Source: Nitrosopumilus sp. (GTDB taxonomy: Bacteria > Desulfobacterota > Binatia > UBA1149 > SPBQ01). From it: a DNA stretch of 64,000 bases. Positions 37,581 to 47,819 of this stretch are shown here, piece by piece. Every line of letters starts with the position of its first letter. Position 1 is the first letter of the stretch. A program made the position numbers and the translations under genes. The notes below the pieces were generated by a model. The model was not told the origin of the DNA, made no database searches, and was given only the letters and a program-made list of their open reading frames with translations. The DNA is taken from NCBI GenBank assembly GCA_964225545.1, contig CAXQPB010000037.1, forward strand, positions 1,989 to 65,988, read 5' to 3'.

Positions 37581-38087
37581 CTATTCGTCGCGCAGGATGT
37601 GACAGTTATACCCGCCCGGATTCTTGTCGAGGTAATCCTGATGGTACTGCTCAGCAGTCCAGAACGGACCGAGCTCAGCAACTTCCGTCACGACCGGGTC
37701 TCGCCATCTTCCTGACTCGGCTTCTTCCTTCACGATCTCGGCTGCAATCCGTCTCTGCTCGAGCGATGAGACAAAGATCGCCGAGCGGTACTGCGTGCCG
37801 ACGTCGTTGTGCTGACGGTTGAGCGTCGTGGGGTCGTGGAGGCGGAAAAAGTAGCGCACGATCTCTGCGTAGCTGATCTTCTCCGGGTCGAATTCGACCA
37901 GGACCGCCTCGGCATGACCGGTGTGCCCTCCGCAGACGGACCGGTAGTCCGGCTTGTCCGTCAAGCCTCCCGTATACCCGACCTCCGTGCGAATGACGCC
38001 GTCGAGTTGTTTGAACAGATGCTCAACGCCCCAGAAGCAGCCTGCGGCGAGAACCGCGGTTTCGGTGGTCGTGAACGGGTCGGTCAT
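37581..38087 (-). CDS. msrA: Peptide-methionine (S)-S-oxide reductase MsrA.
   Basis: GCFWGVE active-site motif. Start set at MTDPFTTTE (ATG 38085-38087). Confidence 0.9.
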   Translation of the reverse strand: MTDPFTTTETAVLAAGCFWGVEHLFKQLDGVIRTEVGYTGGLTDKPDYRSVCGGHTGHAEAVLVEFDPEKISYAEIVRYFFRLHDPTTLNRQHNDVGTQYRSAIFVSSLEQRRIAAEIVKEEAESGRWRDPVVTEVAELGPFWTAEQYHQDYLDKNPGGYNCHILRDE

Positions 38088-38433
38088 TTCAAGTGTTCTC
38101 CACGAAACCCTCTGCATCCACAGAGAGACGAATACCGAGAATTTTCGAGAGCGTACCATCAGTCGGCTGCGACTCCCACTGCCGCCCGTCCGTCAATCGA
38201 TCGATTCAGGGGGGATCCGCTGAGACCCCGACAGCCGGCCCGAAGATCGCCGCACCCCCTGCCGGAGCGGTGACCGCCACAGGCGTCGCGCACGCCGAAG
38301 CCCGGCGTTTCTGGCTCTGCAGGCAAAAGACGCACCGGCAGCCCCGCAGACTGCTTCCCTCGAGTCGCGCGGCGGCGTATCCTCTCCCGAGTCCGCTGAA
38401 GTCTGTCGAAGGCTGCGGTGCGGACTTTTTACG

Positions 38434-39063
38434 ATGGCAGACGAATCGAAAACCATGTCACGCAAAGAGCGTGAGCTGCAGTTTCGCCTCGACCTCGTTC
38501 TGGACGCCGCCCTGGAAGTGTTCATGGAGCAGCCCTACGCGGCGGCCAAGATCGACGATATCGCGGAGCGCGCAGAGCTTTCCGTCGGCACTCTTTACAA
38601 CCTGTTCGACAGCAAGCAGGAGATCTACAAGGCGATGGTTTCGCGCCAGCAGGATCTCTATTTCTCTCGCGCACACGCCGAGCTCGACGTGCAAAGCGAC
38701 CCCAGCGAGCAAGTCCGCTCGGTCGTTCGCATTTTTCTCGTTCACGTCAGCGAGAACTTCAAAGCGTGGCGCTTCCACGTCTATGCCAGCGCCGGACTCA
38801 GCTCGACGATCCGAAACGAACTTTACGCCGACGCGCGCGTGTCCATGACAGCGTTTCTGCAACGGCTTACCGGCGTTTGCGCGACCGGGCTGGAATCCGG
38901 CGTGTTCAAAAGCGGGCTTCAGCCGCAGGACATGGCGCTGGCCATAAACGCCGTTTCCGAAGCGTGCACCAATCTGGCCTTCCAGAAAGACGACCCTGAT
39001 TTGCAAAAGCTGATGCCTGCCGCCGTCGAGGCTGTGGATCGTATCGCCGGTGTCGCCCACTGA
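38434..39063 (+). CDS. TetR/AcrR-family transcriptional regulator.
   Basis: N-terminal HTH (AAKIDDIAERAELSVGTLYNLFDSKQEIY) and an approximately 200 aa size. Confidence 0.85.
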   Translation: MADESKTMSRKERELQFRLDLVLDAALEVFMEQPYAAAKIDDIAERAELSVGTLYNLFDSKQEIYKAMVSRQQDLYFSRAHAELDVQSDPSEQVRSVVRIFLVHVSENFKAWRFHVYASAGLSSTIRNELYADARVSMTAFLQRLTGVCATGLESGVFKSGLQPQDMALAINAVSEACTNLAFQKDDPDLQKLMPAAVEAVDRIAGVAH

Positions 39064-39135
39064 CCTGACTCTCGGTCGCGGCCTTTCCTTACAGGGAATG
39101 ATCCGGCGCAGCTCGGTCATCCACGGGCGTGAGCC

Positions 39136-40539
39136 ATGAGAACGATTCAAATCATCCGGTTCCGCACGATCGGGTGTCTTCTGGTGCTCGCCGTCGGGGC
39201 CATGCCTGCCGGATGCGCGCGTTACCGTGCAAACCCCCCACTGGACTCGTGGGACCATACACGCCCGCTGCTCTCGATGGGCCGGTCATCGAAAACCGAC
39301 TCGGCATTGATCCTGCTGGCGTTTTCGGGCGGCGGCACTCGCGCGGCAGCCCTCTCATACGGCGTACTCGAAGAACTACGCGACACGCACGTCGAGGTCG
39401 ACGGGCAGAATCTGCGTATGGTGGATCAGGTCGACGTCATCTCGGGCGTCTCCGGCGGAAGTTTCACCGCGGCGTATTACGGTCTCTTCGGCGACCGGAC
39501 CTTCGAAGATTTCGAGTCGCGAGTCCTGCGTCGGAACCTGCAGCGTGATCTCTGGCGCCGGCTGCTGAACCCCTACAACTTGCTCAGACTGGCAAGCCCC
39601 CACTTCAACCGCAGCGATCTTGCCGCGGAGTATTACGACTCGAAAATCTTCGATAGGAAAACGATCGGTAATTTTGCGGACGTAGCCGGGCCGGCGATCC
39701 TCATCAATGCGACGGACTTCGTTCGCGGAAGTCGATTCGCGTTCATCCGGGAGTATTTCGATCCGATCTGCAGCGACCTGCTGAAATATCCCGTGGCGCG
39801 AGCGGTCGCCGCGTCCTCCTCGGTTCCTGGACCTTTTCCTCCTCTGAAATTGCGCAATCATGCAGGAACGTGCGGCTACAATGAACCTCCATGGATTGCG
39901 CAAACGCTCGAGACCGATACCGCCCACGGTCGCCGTTACATTGAAGCCCGTCTCGCGGCGTCGTATCTCGATCGCACTGAGGGCAACGACATCTACCTCG
40001 TGGACGGCGGCTTGACCGACAATCTCGGGATCCGCGGGACCTTCGACCGCGTGATCAAAGACGGGGGCATCAGCGAAATGCTCGACACCGCCGGCCGCGA
40101 AGAGGTCAATCAGATTCTGATCATTCTCGTCAATGCACAGACCGAACCGGACCTCGACTTCGACCGCGGCAGCTTCTTCCAATCCCTCGCACTCATGGCC
40201 GGCGTGAGCGCAGGCATCCAGATTCGGCGCTTCAACTACGAGACGATCGAGCTTGTCCGTAACAGCTTCCAGCAATGGGCAGAGCTGCGTAGCCATCGCG
40301 GACATCCGATCGATTTCCGAATGGTCGAGATCAGCTTTTCTCAGATTCGCGATGGGGAAACGCGACGTTACTTCAACAACCTTCCTACCAGCCTCGCCCT
40401 GCCTCAAAGCGCGGTCTTGCGTCTCAGGGAGGCCGGCCGCAACCTGCTCCGCGAATCGACTGACTTCCAGGAAGCTGTCGAGATTCTCAAATCGGGGCGG
40501 GTCCGTGAATCCGAGCTGCGCCGCACCGCAGCCGACTGA
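39136..40539 (+). CDS. Patatin-like phospholipase, lipoprotein.
   Basis: Lipobox (LAVGAMPAGC), the oxyanion GGGTRAA motif and the GVSGGS nucleophile elbow. Confidence 0.85.
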   Translation: MRTIQIIRFRTIGCLLVLAVGAMPAGCARYRANPPLDSWDHTRPLLSMGRSSKTDSALILLAFSGGGTRAAALSYGVLEELRDTHVEVDGQNLRMVDQVDVISGVSGGSFTAAYYGLFGDRTFEDFESRVLRRNLQRDLWRRLLNPYNLLRLASPHFNRSDLAAEYYDSKIFDRKTIGNFADVAGPAILINATDFVRGSRFAFIREYFDPICSDLLKYPVARAVAASSSVPGPFPPLKLRNHAGTCGYNEPPWIAQTLETDTAHGRRYIEARLAASYLDRTEGNDIYLVDGGLTDNLGIRGTFDRVIKDGGISEMLDTAGREEVNQILIILVNAQTEPDLDFDRGSFFQSLALMAGVSAGIQIRRFNYETIELVRNSFQQWAELRSHRGHPIDFRMVEISFSQIRDGETRRYFNNLPTSLALPQSAVLRLREAGRNLLRESTDFQEAVEILKSGRVRESELRRTAAD

Positions 40540-40724
40540 ATCGCCCCACCCCCCACGTGCGCCTCGAACCATCGCGGTCGTCAACGCCCCCGTTAAGGCC
40601 CGCGTCGGCGCCCCCATGGTGCAATGCGCGAAGCGGATCCTGCTTGCACTGTGATTTGCCGGGCCGCCGTGTTACCCGTTCCTCTATTAGGGACGCTTCC
40701 GCTCGACGTGGGAGCTTTCCGGAT

Positions 40725-41129
40725 ATGTCGCGTTTCTGGAGCAAAGCACTCAAGGTCCTCACAGTAGCGCTGTTTGCGCTCTGGGTGCCCCTCGGCCCGT
40801 TCCTTTCGGTCGCGGGCGCCTCCATGCAGTCCTCACCCTGCTGCCAGCACAAATCGGCTCGCAAGGTCGGCTGCCATGGCAGTGCAACGACTGCAGCCTC
40901 CCAGGAAGAGGCAAAGAAGTCCTGCCGATGCCACAAGCAACTCGAGCTGCGCAGCGCACGCTGCGGCTGCGGCAACCACGCTCAGGACTTGATGCTGCAG
41001 GCCGATCCGGCCCGACTCAGTATGAAAACGGTCCTGTCTCCCGCCCCGCTCAGCCATCCGGTGAGTGTCCAGGTCGGGGTGTATGAAGGGGCCCTGGTCC
41101 TGCCTGAACGTCCCCCTCCCATTTCCTGA
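40725..41129 (+). CDS. Small secreted Cys/His-rich protein (134 aa), unknown function; paralog of 58780..59142.
   Basis: Signal-peptide-like N-terminus. Motifs PCCQHK, GCHGSATTAAS, CRCHK and CGCGNH, with a C-terminal ...LPERPPPIS. Confidence 0.45.
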   Translation: MSRFWSKALKVLTVALFALWVPLGPFLSVAGASMQSSPCCQHKSARKVGCHGSATTAASQEEAKKSCRCHKQLELRSARCGCGNHAQDLMLQADPARLSMKTVLSPAPLSHPVSVQVGVYEGALVLPERPPPIS

Positions 41130-41456
41130 CTCCGACCACGAACAATTCGTTGTTGAGCCACGCATGAATTCGCGGCGTGCGCTCCGGCGACAGTATCGCT
41201 GCGATGCGCTCGTATGCGGGCGCGTCTCGGCGATGTAGAGCCGGCTCAGCGGACACGTATCAACACGCGACGGTTCCCGCCGGCTCTCAGAAGTTCGCTG
41301 GCAACCGCAACGTTCGGAAGTCCAGTCCATCACTGCTCCGCGCGGCCGTTGCCGCGTGGCAGATGGAACACGTGTTCACGACTTTCCCGGGGAGGCCAGG
41401 TGCCGTCCCGCGCAGTCGGGTTCACGCGGGGTGGTGTGGCGGACAGGAACATTGAT

Positions 41457-42515
41457 GTGAAGAAGCAGAATCGGAAGTACCGGCTCAGTGCGTTCGCGCC
41501 GAGCCTCCTCGCCGTTCTCGTTGCGGCGACGATTCACGGCTCCGCGCCGACGGTACACGCGTGTGACGTTTGCTCGATCTATATCGGCACAACCAAGCAG
41601 GAACAGCGTAAGGGACCGTTTGTCGCCGCTGCCGAGCAGTTCACGCGCTTCGGCACTCTTCAACTCAATGGAAAAGAAATTCCGAACTTCGACAACGAGC
41701 GCGTCGACAGCTCGATCACTCAGTTCGTGCTCGGTTACACATTCAGCCGCAGGGCTCACGTGCAGGTAAATGTCCCGTTCATCAACCGCGACTATCGGCG
41801 GGTTACGGCGACCGGGACCGAGTCAGGCAAGGAGACCGGTGTCGGCGACATTATGCTCGTCGGTCGCTACAGCGTGGTGCAGACGGTCTTTCCCAACAGC
41901 ATCCTCAACCTCGACCTCGTCGGCGGTTTGAAGTTGCCGAGCGGCAGTACCGATCGGCTCGGGGAAGATCCGATTCCCGTACCGGAGGCGGCCGAAGCCA
42001 GAGGGAGTTCATTTTCCCGGCAGACCATCGAGGGGCCGCGTCCGCACCACGATGGTGAAACGTCGATCAGCGGTGTCCACGGTCATGATCTGACACTGGG
42101 AACCGGGTCGGTGGACGGCATGATCGGAACGCGGCTTTTCACCTCGTACCAAAGGCTGTTCTTCGCCGCGGGCGTGCAATACATGCTCCGCACCGAGGGA
42201 GACTACAAGTACCACTACGCCAACGAGCTCCAGTGGAATTCGAGCATAGGCGCGTATGTACTCCTCAACCACGACTACACGTTCGCGCTCGAGTCGTGGA
42301 TCCACGGCGAGACCAAGGGCAAGGATACCCAGAACGGGGTGCGCATCGACGACACCTCGGTAACCGCCCTCTATATCGGCCCGAAAGCCCGATTCAGTTA
42401 TCGCGACCGGACCAATGCTGATTTCGGTATCGGTTTTCCGGTCATTCAGAACACTACCGATCTCCAGATCGTCGCAGACTGGAGAATTCGTGCTGCATGG
42501 ATCTGGCACTTCTGA
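41457..42515 (+). CDS. Outer-membrane beta-barrel protein (MetA-pathway/phenol-degradation-like transporter family, putative).
   Basis: Signal peptide RLSAFAPSLLAVLVAATIHGSAPTVHA. Alternating amphipathic beta-strand pattern. C-terminal aromatic residue (…AAWIWHF). Probable GTG start at 41457; the ATG-initiated track ORF would add about 80 aa of unlikely N-terminus. Confidence 0.5.
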   Translation: MKKQNRKYRLSAFAPSLLAVLVAATIHGSAPTVHACDVCSIYIGTTKQEQRKGPFVAAAEQFTRFGTLQLNGKEIPNFDNERVDSSITQFVLGYTFSRRAHVQVNVPFINRDYRRVTATGTESGKETGVGDIMLVGRYSVVQTVFPNSILNLDLVGGLKLPSGSTDRLGEDPIPVPEAAEARGSSFSRQTIEGPRPHHDGETSISGVHGHDLTLGTGSVDGMIGTRLFTSYQRLFFAAGVQYMLRTEGDYKYHYANELQWNSSIGAYVLLNHDYTFALESWIHGETKGKDTQNGVRIDDTSVTALYIGPKARFSYRDRTNADFGIGFPVIQNTTDLQIVADWRIRAAWIWHF

Positions 42516-42559
42516 CGCATGGAGCCCATGCAACGCGAACCACAAAAGGAATTGGGAAC

Positions 42560-43510
42560 ATGCATCACTTACAGGTGACAGGAACGCTCCGAAGCAGAAC
42601 TCGAGGCCGCACCACGGCAACCGCAATCGGCGCCGCTGCAGCAGTGCTGGTCATGTCGTTGTGCAGTCCGACGCCCGCGCAAGCAGACGATGAGGTACAT
42701 TCGGAAATCCTCTTCTACTCGGCCGCGGATGGCGGCGGACAGATCATGGCAGACTTTGATTTTTCCGAACATGTGCACGTCGCGCCAGTGGGATGCAGCT
42801 CAGGGAGCTGTGTTTACACCCACCAAGGAACGGGACTGGTGGCAGCGGGGCCGGGCGAGGCGCACCACGGTCTTTACCTGCTCGACGATGGCATTCTGTT
42901 CACCCTCGAGATCGTATCCATCAGCCCGGAAGTCTCGATCCGCTCCGGCAACGCGACACTGAATACGGACGGGCAGATCCTGCGACTGGGTTTCAGCCCC
43001 TTCCATCTCGACCTCGTATGGCAGTTGGAGCTGCCGGAGGGCGACGTTCACGAGGCGTCGGTTACATTCAAGGTCACGAGCAGCTCCCCTGCGTACCTCG
43101 ACTCGCCGCCGTACACGCTGTGGCTATCGAACGAGGAAGAGCATCATGAGACGACGACCACCACGATGGGCTTCGTCACCACCACGACGCACGACGCGCA
43201 TTCTCACTGCGGAGACGGGTTCGTCGACCACGGGGAGACATGTGATGAAGGGCATCACCATTGGTCCATGGGCCATCACTGCGGCGCGGATTGCAATCTG
43301 CTGGCCTGTGGTGACCCCGACGATACCGGCGAGGTCACCGTCGTCGATGCGCTCCATACGCTGAAAACCGCGGTCGATCTGGCCTCCTGTGACCTCTGCG
43401 TTTGCGACGTCAACAGCGACCGGAGCATCACGCCGAGCGATGCCCTTTTGAGCCTCCAGGAGGCAACCCAGAGCTCACACCACGCGATGGAGTGTCCCGC
43501 CTGCGAGTGA
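42560..43510 (+). CDS. Secreted protein with a His/Thr-rich region, a Cys-rich CGDG...ETCDEG motif and a C-terminal dockerin-like Ca-binding repeat (DVNSDRSITPSDALLSL).
   Basis: RBS AAAGGA then ATG 42560 and a signal peptide ending in AQA. Motifs identified by eye. Confidence 0.55.
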   Translation: MHHLQVTGTLRSRTRGRTTATAIGAAAAVLVMSLCSPTPAQADDEVHSEILFYSAADGGGQIMADFDFSEHVHVAPVGCSSGSCVYTHQGTGLVAAGPGEAHHGLYLLDDGILFTLEIVSISPEVSIRSGNATLNTDGQILRLGFSPFHLDLVWQLELPEGDVHEASVTFKVTSSSPAYLDSPPYTLWLSNEEEHHETTTTTMGFVTTTTHDAHSHCGDGFVDHGETCDEGHHHWSMGHHCGADCNLLACGDPDDTGEVTVVDALHTLKTAVDLASCDLCVCDVNSDRSITPSDALLSLQEATQSSHHAMECPACE

Positions 43511-43521
43511 TCCTGGGGAAA

Positions 43522-44412
43522 TCAGCTCCAGGCCGTGCCGGTGATTCGTCGATAGGCTTCGCGGTATTTGTCCGCGGTCCTCTCGACGATTTCATCCGGC
43601 ATGGCCGGCGCGGGAGGATTCTTGTCCCACCCGGTGCTCTCGAGCCAGTCTCGTACGAACTGCTTGTCGAAGCTGGGCGGGCTGATCCCGGTCTCGTACT
43701 CGTCGGCGGGCCAGAAACGGCTGCTGTCGGGCGTAAGCACCTCGTCGATCAGGATCAGCTCGCCGTCCAGCATGCCGAACTCGAATTTGGTATCGGCGAG
43801 GATGATTCCCTGCTCGCGCGCGTGCCGAGCGCCCTCGGAGTACAGGCGGATTGAAAGCTCCGCGACACGGTCGGCGATCTCTTTGCCGACGATCTCAGCG
43901 GCCCGCTCGGGGCTGATGTTCTCGTCATGGAATCCCTGCTCGGCCTTGGTCGAAGGCGTGAACAGCGGCTCGGGCAGTTGCTGAGCCTGGTCCAGTCCCG
44001 GCGGAAGCGGAATATCGCATACGGTTCCCTGCTTCTGGTACTCCTTCCAACCCGAACCCGCGATGTAGCCGCGAACACTACATTCGATGGCAAGCGGTTG
44101 CGCTTTCTTCACGACAACAGCTCTCCGATCGAGCTGCGCGAGCGAGTCCGCATCGTCGATGAAGTCGGCAGGAGTGGCGCCGGAAAGATGATTCGGAGTT
44201 ACGTCCGAGAAGCGGTCGAACCAGAAGTTGCTGATCTGCGTGAGAATCGCGCCTTTGTCGGGGATCGGCTTGTCGAGGATGATATCAAAGGCTGAGATAC
44301 GATCGGTCACGACGAGCATCAAGTGCTTGTCGTCCATCTCGTAAATGTCGCGCACTTTGCCGCGGTTGAGAAGTTTCGCTCCTTTGATCTGAGTTTCCAG
44401 CAATCCGTTCAT
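43522..44412 (-). CDS. purC: Phosphoribosylaminoimidazole-succinocarboxamide synthase (SAICAR synthetase).
   Basis: Full-length match to the PurC family (…GKVRDIYE…LMLVVTDRISAFD…). GGAGGAG RBS. Start at MNGLLETQIKG (ATG 44410-44412). Confidence 0.9.
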   Translation of the reverse strand: MNGLLETQIKGAKLLNRGKVRDIYEMDDKHLMLVVTDRISAFDIILDKPIPDKGAILTQISNFWFDRFSDVTPNHLSGATPADFIDDADSLAQLDRRAVVVKKAQPLAIECSVRGYIAGSGWKEYQKQGTVCDIPLPPGLDQAQQLPEPLFTPSTKAEQGFHDENISPERAAEIVGKEIADRVAELSIRLYSEGARHAREQGIILADTKFEFGMLDGELILIDEVLTPDSSRFWPADEYETGISPPSFDKQFVRDWLESTGWDKNPPAPAMPDEIVERTADKYREAYRRITGTAWS

Positions 44413-44814
44413 GGCTCCTCCGTGGAGGGCGGAAGATTCCGCATTCGCGAAGATTTTGCGACCCCGCAGACGGAGAAAGATGCTGTGACAGGAAAAACGA
44501 AGGGGCGTGCCGAACTCCGGATGGACCAGACCCGGCGGCACGCCCCTGTCGGGTCGAGGGGGACGACCCGAACGCCGTTCACCACCGGGCTCGTAGTTTC
44601 GGGGAGGCCCCTCGCCTGACGAAGCAGGCGCCGCCCGGGGTGAAATGCCTGCGCTGAGGGAGGATCGAACGTGTCCTCGTCTCCCGCGCACTGTCCATGT
44701 TGGCAGCCTCAGCCATAGCCGCAAATAGATAAATAGACTCGACTCTTCGGTTTTTCCGATGCCGAATTCCGGCCCGATTGACGCACCGGCGCCTTACTTG
44801 TATGTACAATCTTT

Positions 44815-45318
44815 ATGGGCAGCAGCCGACCGGATCTGGAAAACAGCGGAAAGTCTGACGTGCTCGCTTTGTGCGCCTGCTTCAAAGCGCGCAGCGCGGC
44901 CCGCGCCGTGACCGCGCTCTATGACGAGTCCCTCGAAACCACCGGACTCAAAATCACCCAGTTCGCCACACTCAGCGTCATCCGATCGCGAGGAACGGTC
45001 AGTATGCAGAGGCTCGCTGAGGAACTGGGGCTCGACCCGAGCACGATGTCGCGAACCCTGCGGCCCCTGGAGGCGCGCGAGCTTGTCCGATCCGGTAACG
45101 GCTCGGATCGCCGGATTCGGGAGCTATCCCTGACAGGCAGCGGCGAGAGGATTTTCCTCGAATGTCAGGCGCGGTGGACGCGAGCCCAGAGCAGGCTGAG
45201 AGAGCGCCTGGGAGAGGACACCTTCGTTCGCGTTCTCGCAGATCTGGAGACCGTGGCAGATCGACTCAACGCCTTCGACGACAGCCACGATAAGATTCAG
45301 CAGAACCCATCGAACTGA
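44815..45318 (+). CDS. MarR-family transcriptional regulator.
   Basis: Winged-HTH region (TQFATLSVIRSRGTVSMQRLAEELGLDPSTMSRTLRPLEARELV). Confidence 0.85.
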   Translation: MGSSRPDLENSGKSDVLALCACFKARSAARAVTALYDESLETTGLKITQFATLSVIRSRGTVSMQRLAEELGLDPSTMSRTLRPLEARELVRSGNGSDRRIRELSLTGSGERIFLECQARWTRAQSRLRERLGEDTFVRVLADLETVADRLNAFDDSHDKIQQNPSN

Positions 45319-45368
45319 AACCTCGTCTCGAACGAGATGGACCGGCGCCGCGCCGGAGGAGATCACCA

Positions 45369-47759
45369 GTGGGAGCAAACAGCCGAGCACAGGAAGCCCA
45401 TCCCAGCGTGTCGAGAAGCGCGATCGAGCTGGACGCGAAAAACCTGCCCACGGTCTGCGTGTTGTGCAGTCACAACTGCGGGATCCGGGTTGATGTGGAA
45501 GATGGGAGAATCACCGAGATCCGTGCCGACCATGAGAATCCGATCTCGCACGGCTACATCTGCAACAAAGCCGTTACATGCGACCGGTATGCCCATCACG
45601 AACAGCGCGTCCTGTCTCCGCTGCAGAAGCAACCCGACGGCAGCTTTGAACCTGTCGACTGGGACACGGCAATCGCCGATATAGGCGCCAGGCTGCGGAC
45701 GATTCGCGACGAACACGGACCGCGCGCGCGCGCGGCGTGCGGCGGCGGCGGGCAGGCCAACCACCTCGACATTCCGTTTCTCCAGATGTGGATGAACGCC
45801 GTCGGAACCCAGCGACTTTTCAACGCCTACGCGCAGGAGAAAACCCAGCACCACCTTATCGATCACTGGATGTTCGATGCACCTTCGACACTGGTCCTTC
45901 ATGCGGATGTGGACGAGGCGACCTACCTCGTGGTGATGGGAACGAATCCTCGAATCAGCAATCGCGGCCACAACCCGACGGAGACGTTCAAGGCCCTCGG
46001 CAAGAAAGACGCATGCAAAGTGGTGGCTGTCGACCCGCGCGAAACCGAGACTACGCGCGGCGCCGACCAACATGTCCGCGTCAGGCCGGGCGGCGACTCG
46101 TACCTGCTCATGGGGATGGCCGCATCGATCGTGCAGAACGAGTTGTACGACGCAGAGTTCGTCGAGGCTCACACAGCCGGAATGAACGAGCTCCGCGACA
46201 TCCTCTCGCGTACCGATGTCGACGAGATGGCACGGCGCGCTGGCCTCGAGGCCGCGACCATTCATTCGATGGCTCGTGAGCTCGCCGAAGCCGAACGCGG
46301 CTCGATCTTCTTCGACCTCGGTGTTGAACAGCAGCCTTTCTCAACGCTGATCTCTTATCTGATCCGTGTGGTCCTGGCGCTGACCGACAATGTCGGTCGA
46401 GCCGGCGGCGACGTGTGGCTCGAACTTCTCGTTCCTCCGACTCTCAGTTCGAGACGATTCGATGAGCCGGAGATAGCGCTGGCTTCGGGCATCCCGGCCG
46501 TGCGCGCGCTCGGCTCCGCGATGTTCTCACCGACGTTAATGCCGGAGGAGATACTCGTCGATCACCCTGAGCGCATCCGTGGCGCCATCATCGAAGGCGC
46601 CAACCCGCTCCTGTCGTACTCGGATACGAACGCATGGCGGACAGCGATCAAAAATCTCGACCTGCTGGTCGTCATCGACCCCGCCTTCACGGAAACGGCA
46701 CAGCTTGCCGACTACGTGCTGCCGCCACCTTGCGGGTATGAAAAGTGGGAGATGGCGATGTTTCCCAAGGGGCACCCGAAGGTCATGACCCAGGTGCGGC
46801 CACCGGTGATTCCAGCGCCGGAACAGGCACGAACGGAGGCCGAGATTTACTCGAGAATCTGCGAGGCGATGGAGATCCTCGAGCCGCTGCCGGACGACCT
46901 GGCGGAGATCGGGAAGCCCGAAACTGCCGAGGCGCGCGCGGCCTTCATGACACAAGCGATGGGACTGGTCGGAGATGTCGCCGCACGCGGGATCAACGCC
47001 GAATCGCAGATCACCTACTGGGCTTATCGTGGCATCGGACACCACTTTCCAGCGCCGAACCTGATCGCGGTGTGGGCACTGATGGTACGCAACGCGCTCG
47101 AACGGAGCGAGCATGTACTCGCGACGCTCGGTCCGGAGTGGGCTGAGCGCAATCCCTTCGAAATCGGCGAGGAGCTCATGCGCCGTGTTCTGGATCACCC
47201 CGAGGGCGTCGAGATCGCCGATGTTTCGGCCAAGGACAACCTGTTCGACAACATGGGCTTCGATGACAAGCGGGTGAGGCTGTCACCCGAACCGATGCTC
47301 GCCGAGATGGAGCGGTTGCTCGAGACCGACATCGCGCACGACCCCGACTACCCGTTTGTCCTCGCAAGTGGACTTCGAACACGCTGGACCGCGAACACCA
47401 TCCAACGTGCGCCGGAGTGGCGGAAAGGAAGCGGCCCGCATTGCGAGCTCAATTTGCACCCGGAAGATGCCCGATCACTCGGCGTTACCAAGGGCGACAT
47501 GGTTCGCGTGACGACAACGCGTGGCTCTTTCGAACTGCCGGCGACTCTCGACACCAAGCTGATGCAGGGTCATTGCTGGATGCCGAACGGCTTCGGCATG
47601 CAGTACGGCAAGGATGCGAACGGCCCCTTCGAGATCGAAGGTGTCAACATGAATGAGATCACCGACGTTGCGGAGCGAGACCCCTTTACCGGGTGCCCGC
47701 ATCATCGTTATGTACGGGTGAAGCTCACGTCTCTGACGACGGCCGAAGCAACGGTCTGA
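45369..47759 (+). CDS. Molybdopterin-dependent oxidoreductase catalytic subunit (MopB superfamily), paralog of 4389..6569.
   Basis: CVLCSHNCGIRV...GYICNKA N-terminal Fe-S motif and an approximately 800 aa MopB architecture. GTG start. Confidence 0.85.
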   Translation: MGANSRAQEAHPSVSRSAIELDAKNLPTVCVLCSHNCGIRVDVEDGRITEIRADHENPISHGYICNKAVTCDRYAHHEQRVLSPLQKQPDGSFEPVDWDTAIADIGARLRTIRDEHGPRARAACGGGGQANHLDIPFLQMWMNAVGTQRLFNAYAQEKTQHHLIDHWMFDAPSTLVLHADVDEATYLVVMGTNPRISNRGHNPTETFKALGKKDACKVVAVDPRETETTRGADQHVRVRPGGDSYLLMGMAASIVQNELYDAEFVEAHTAGMNELRDILSRTDVDEMARRAGLEAATIHSMARELAEAERGSIFFDLGVEQQPFSTLISYLIRVVLALTDNVGRAGGDVWLELLVPPTLSSRRFDEPEIALASGIPAVRALGSAMFSPTLMPEEILVDHPERIRGAIIEGANPLLSYSDTNAWRTAIKNLDLLVVIDPAFTETAQLADYVLPPPCGYEKWEMAMFPKGHPKVMTQVRPPVIPAPEQARTEAEIYSRICEAMEILEPLPDDLAEIGKPETAEARAAFMTQAMGLVGDVAARGINAESQITYWAYRGIGHHFPAPNLIAVWALMVRNALERSEHVLATLGPEWAERNPFEIGEELMRRVLDHPEGVEIADVSAKDNLFDNMGFDDKRVRLSPEPMLAEMERLLETDIAHDPDYPFVLASGLRTRWTANTIQRAPEWRKGSGPHCELNLHPEDARSLGVTKGDMVRVTTTRGSFELPATLDTKLMQGHCWMPNGFGMQYGKDANGPFEIEGVNMNEITDVAERDPFTGCPHHRYVRVKLTSLTTAEATV

Positions 47760-47819
47760 GCGCGGCGCTCGCGGCGGGGCGCTCGCGTGAGACGCGTGGG
47801 CGCCCCTCAATGATCGAAA

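Noticed and set aside
39136-40539. Patatin-like phospholipase as a CBASS (CapV) or other antiphage effector.
   Set aside because: It has a lipoprotein signal peptide and a TetR neighbour, and no CD-NTase/cyclase, SAVED or E1/E2-like partner genes lie nearby.
44413-44814. A roughly 400 nt divergent region upstream of purC, inspected for a purine or ZTP riboswitch.
   Set aside because: I could not match the conserved ZTP/pfl or purine-riboswitch core sequences by eye. It is most likely just divergent promoters for purC and marR. A cmscan would settle it.
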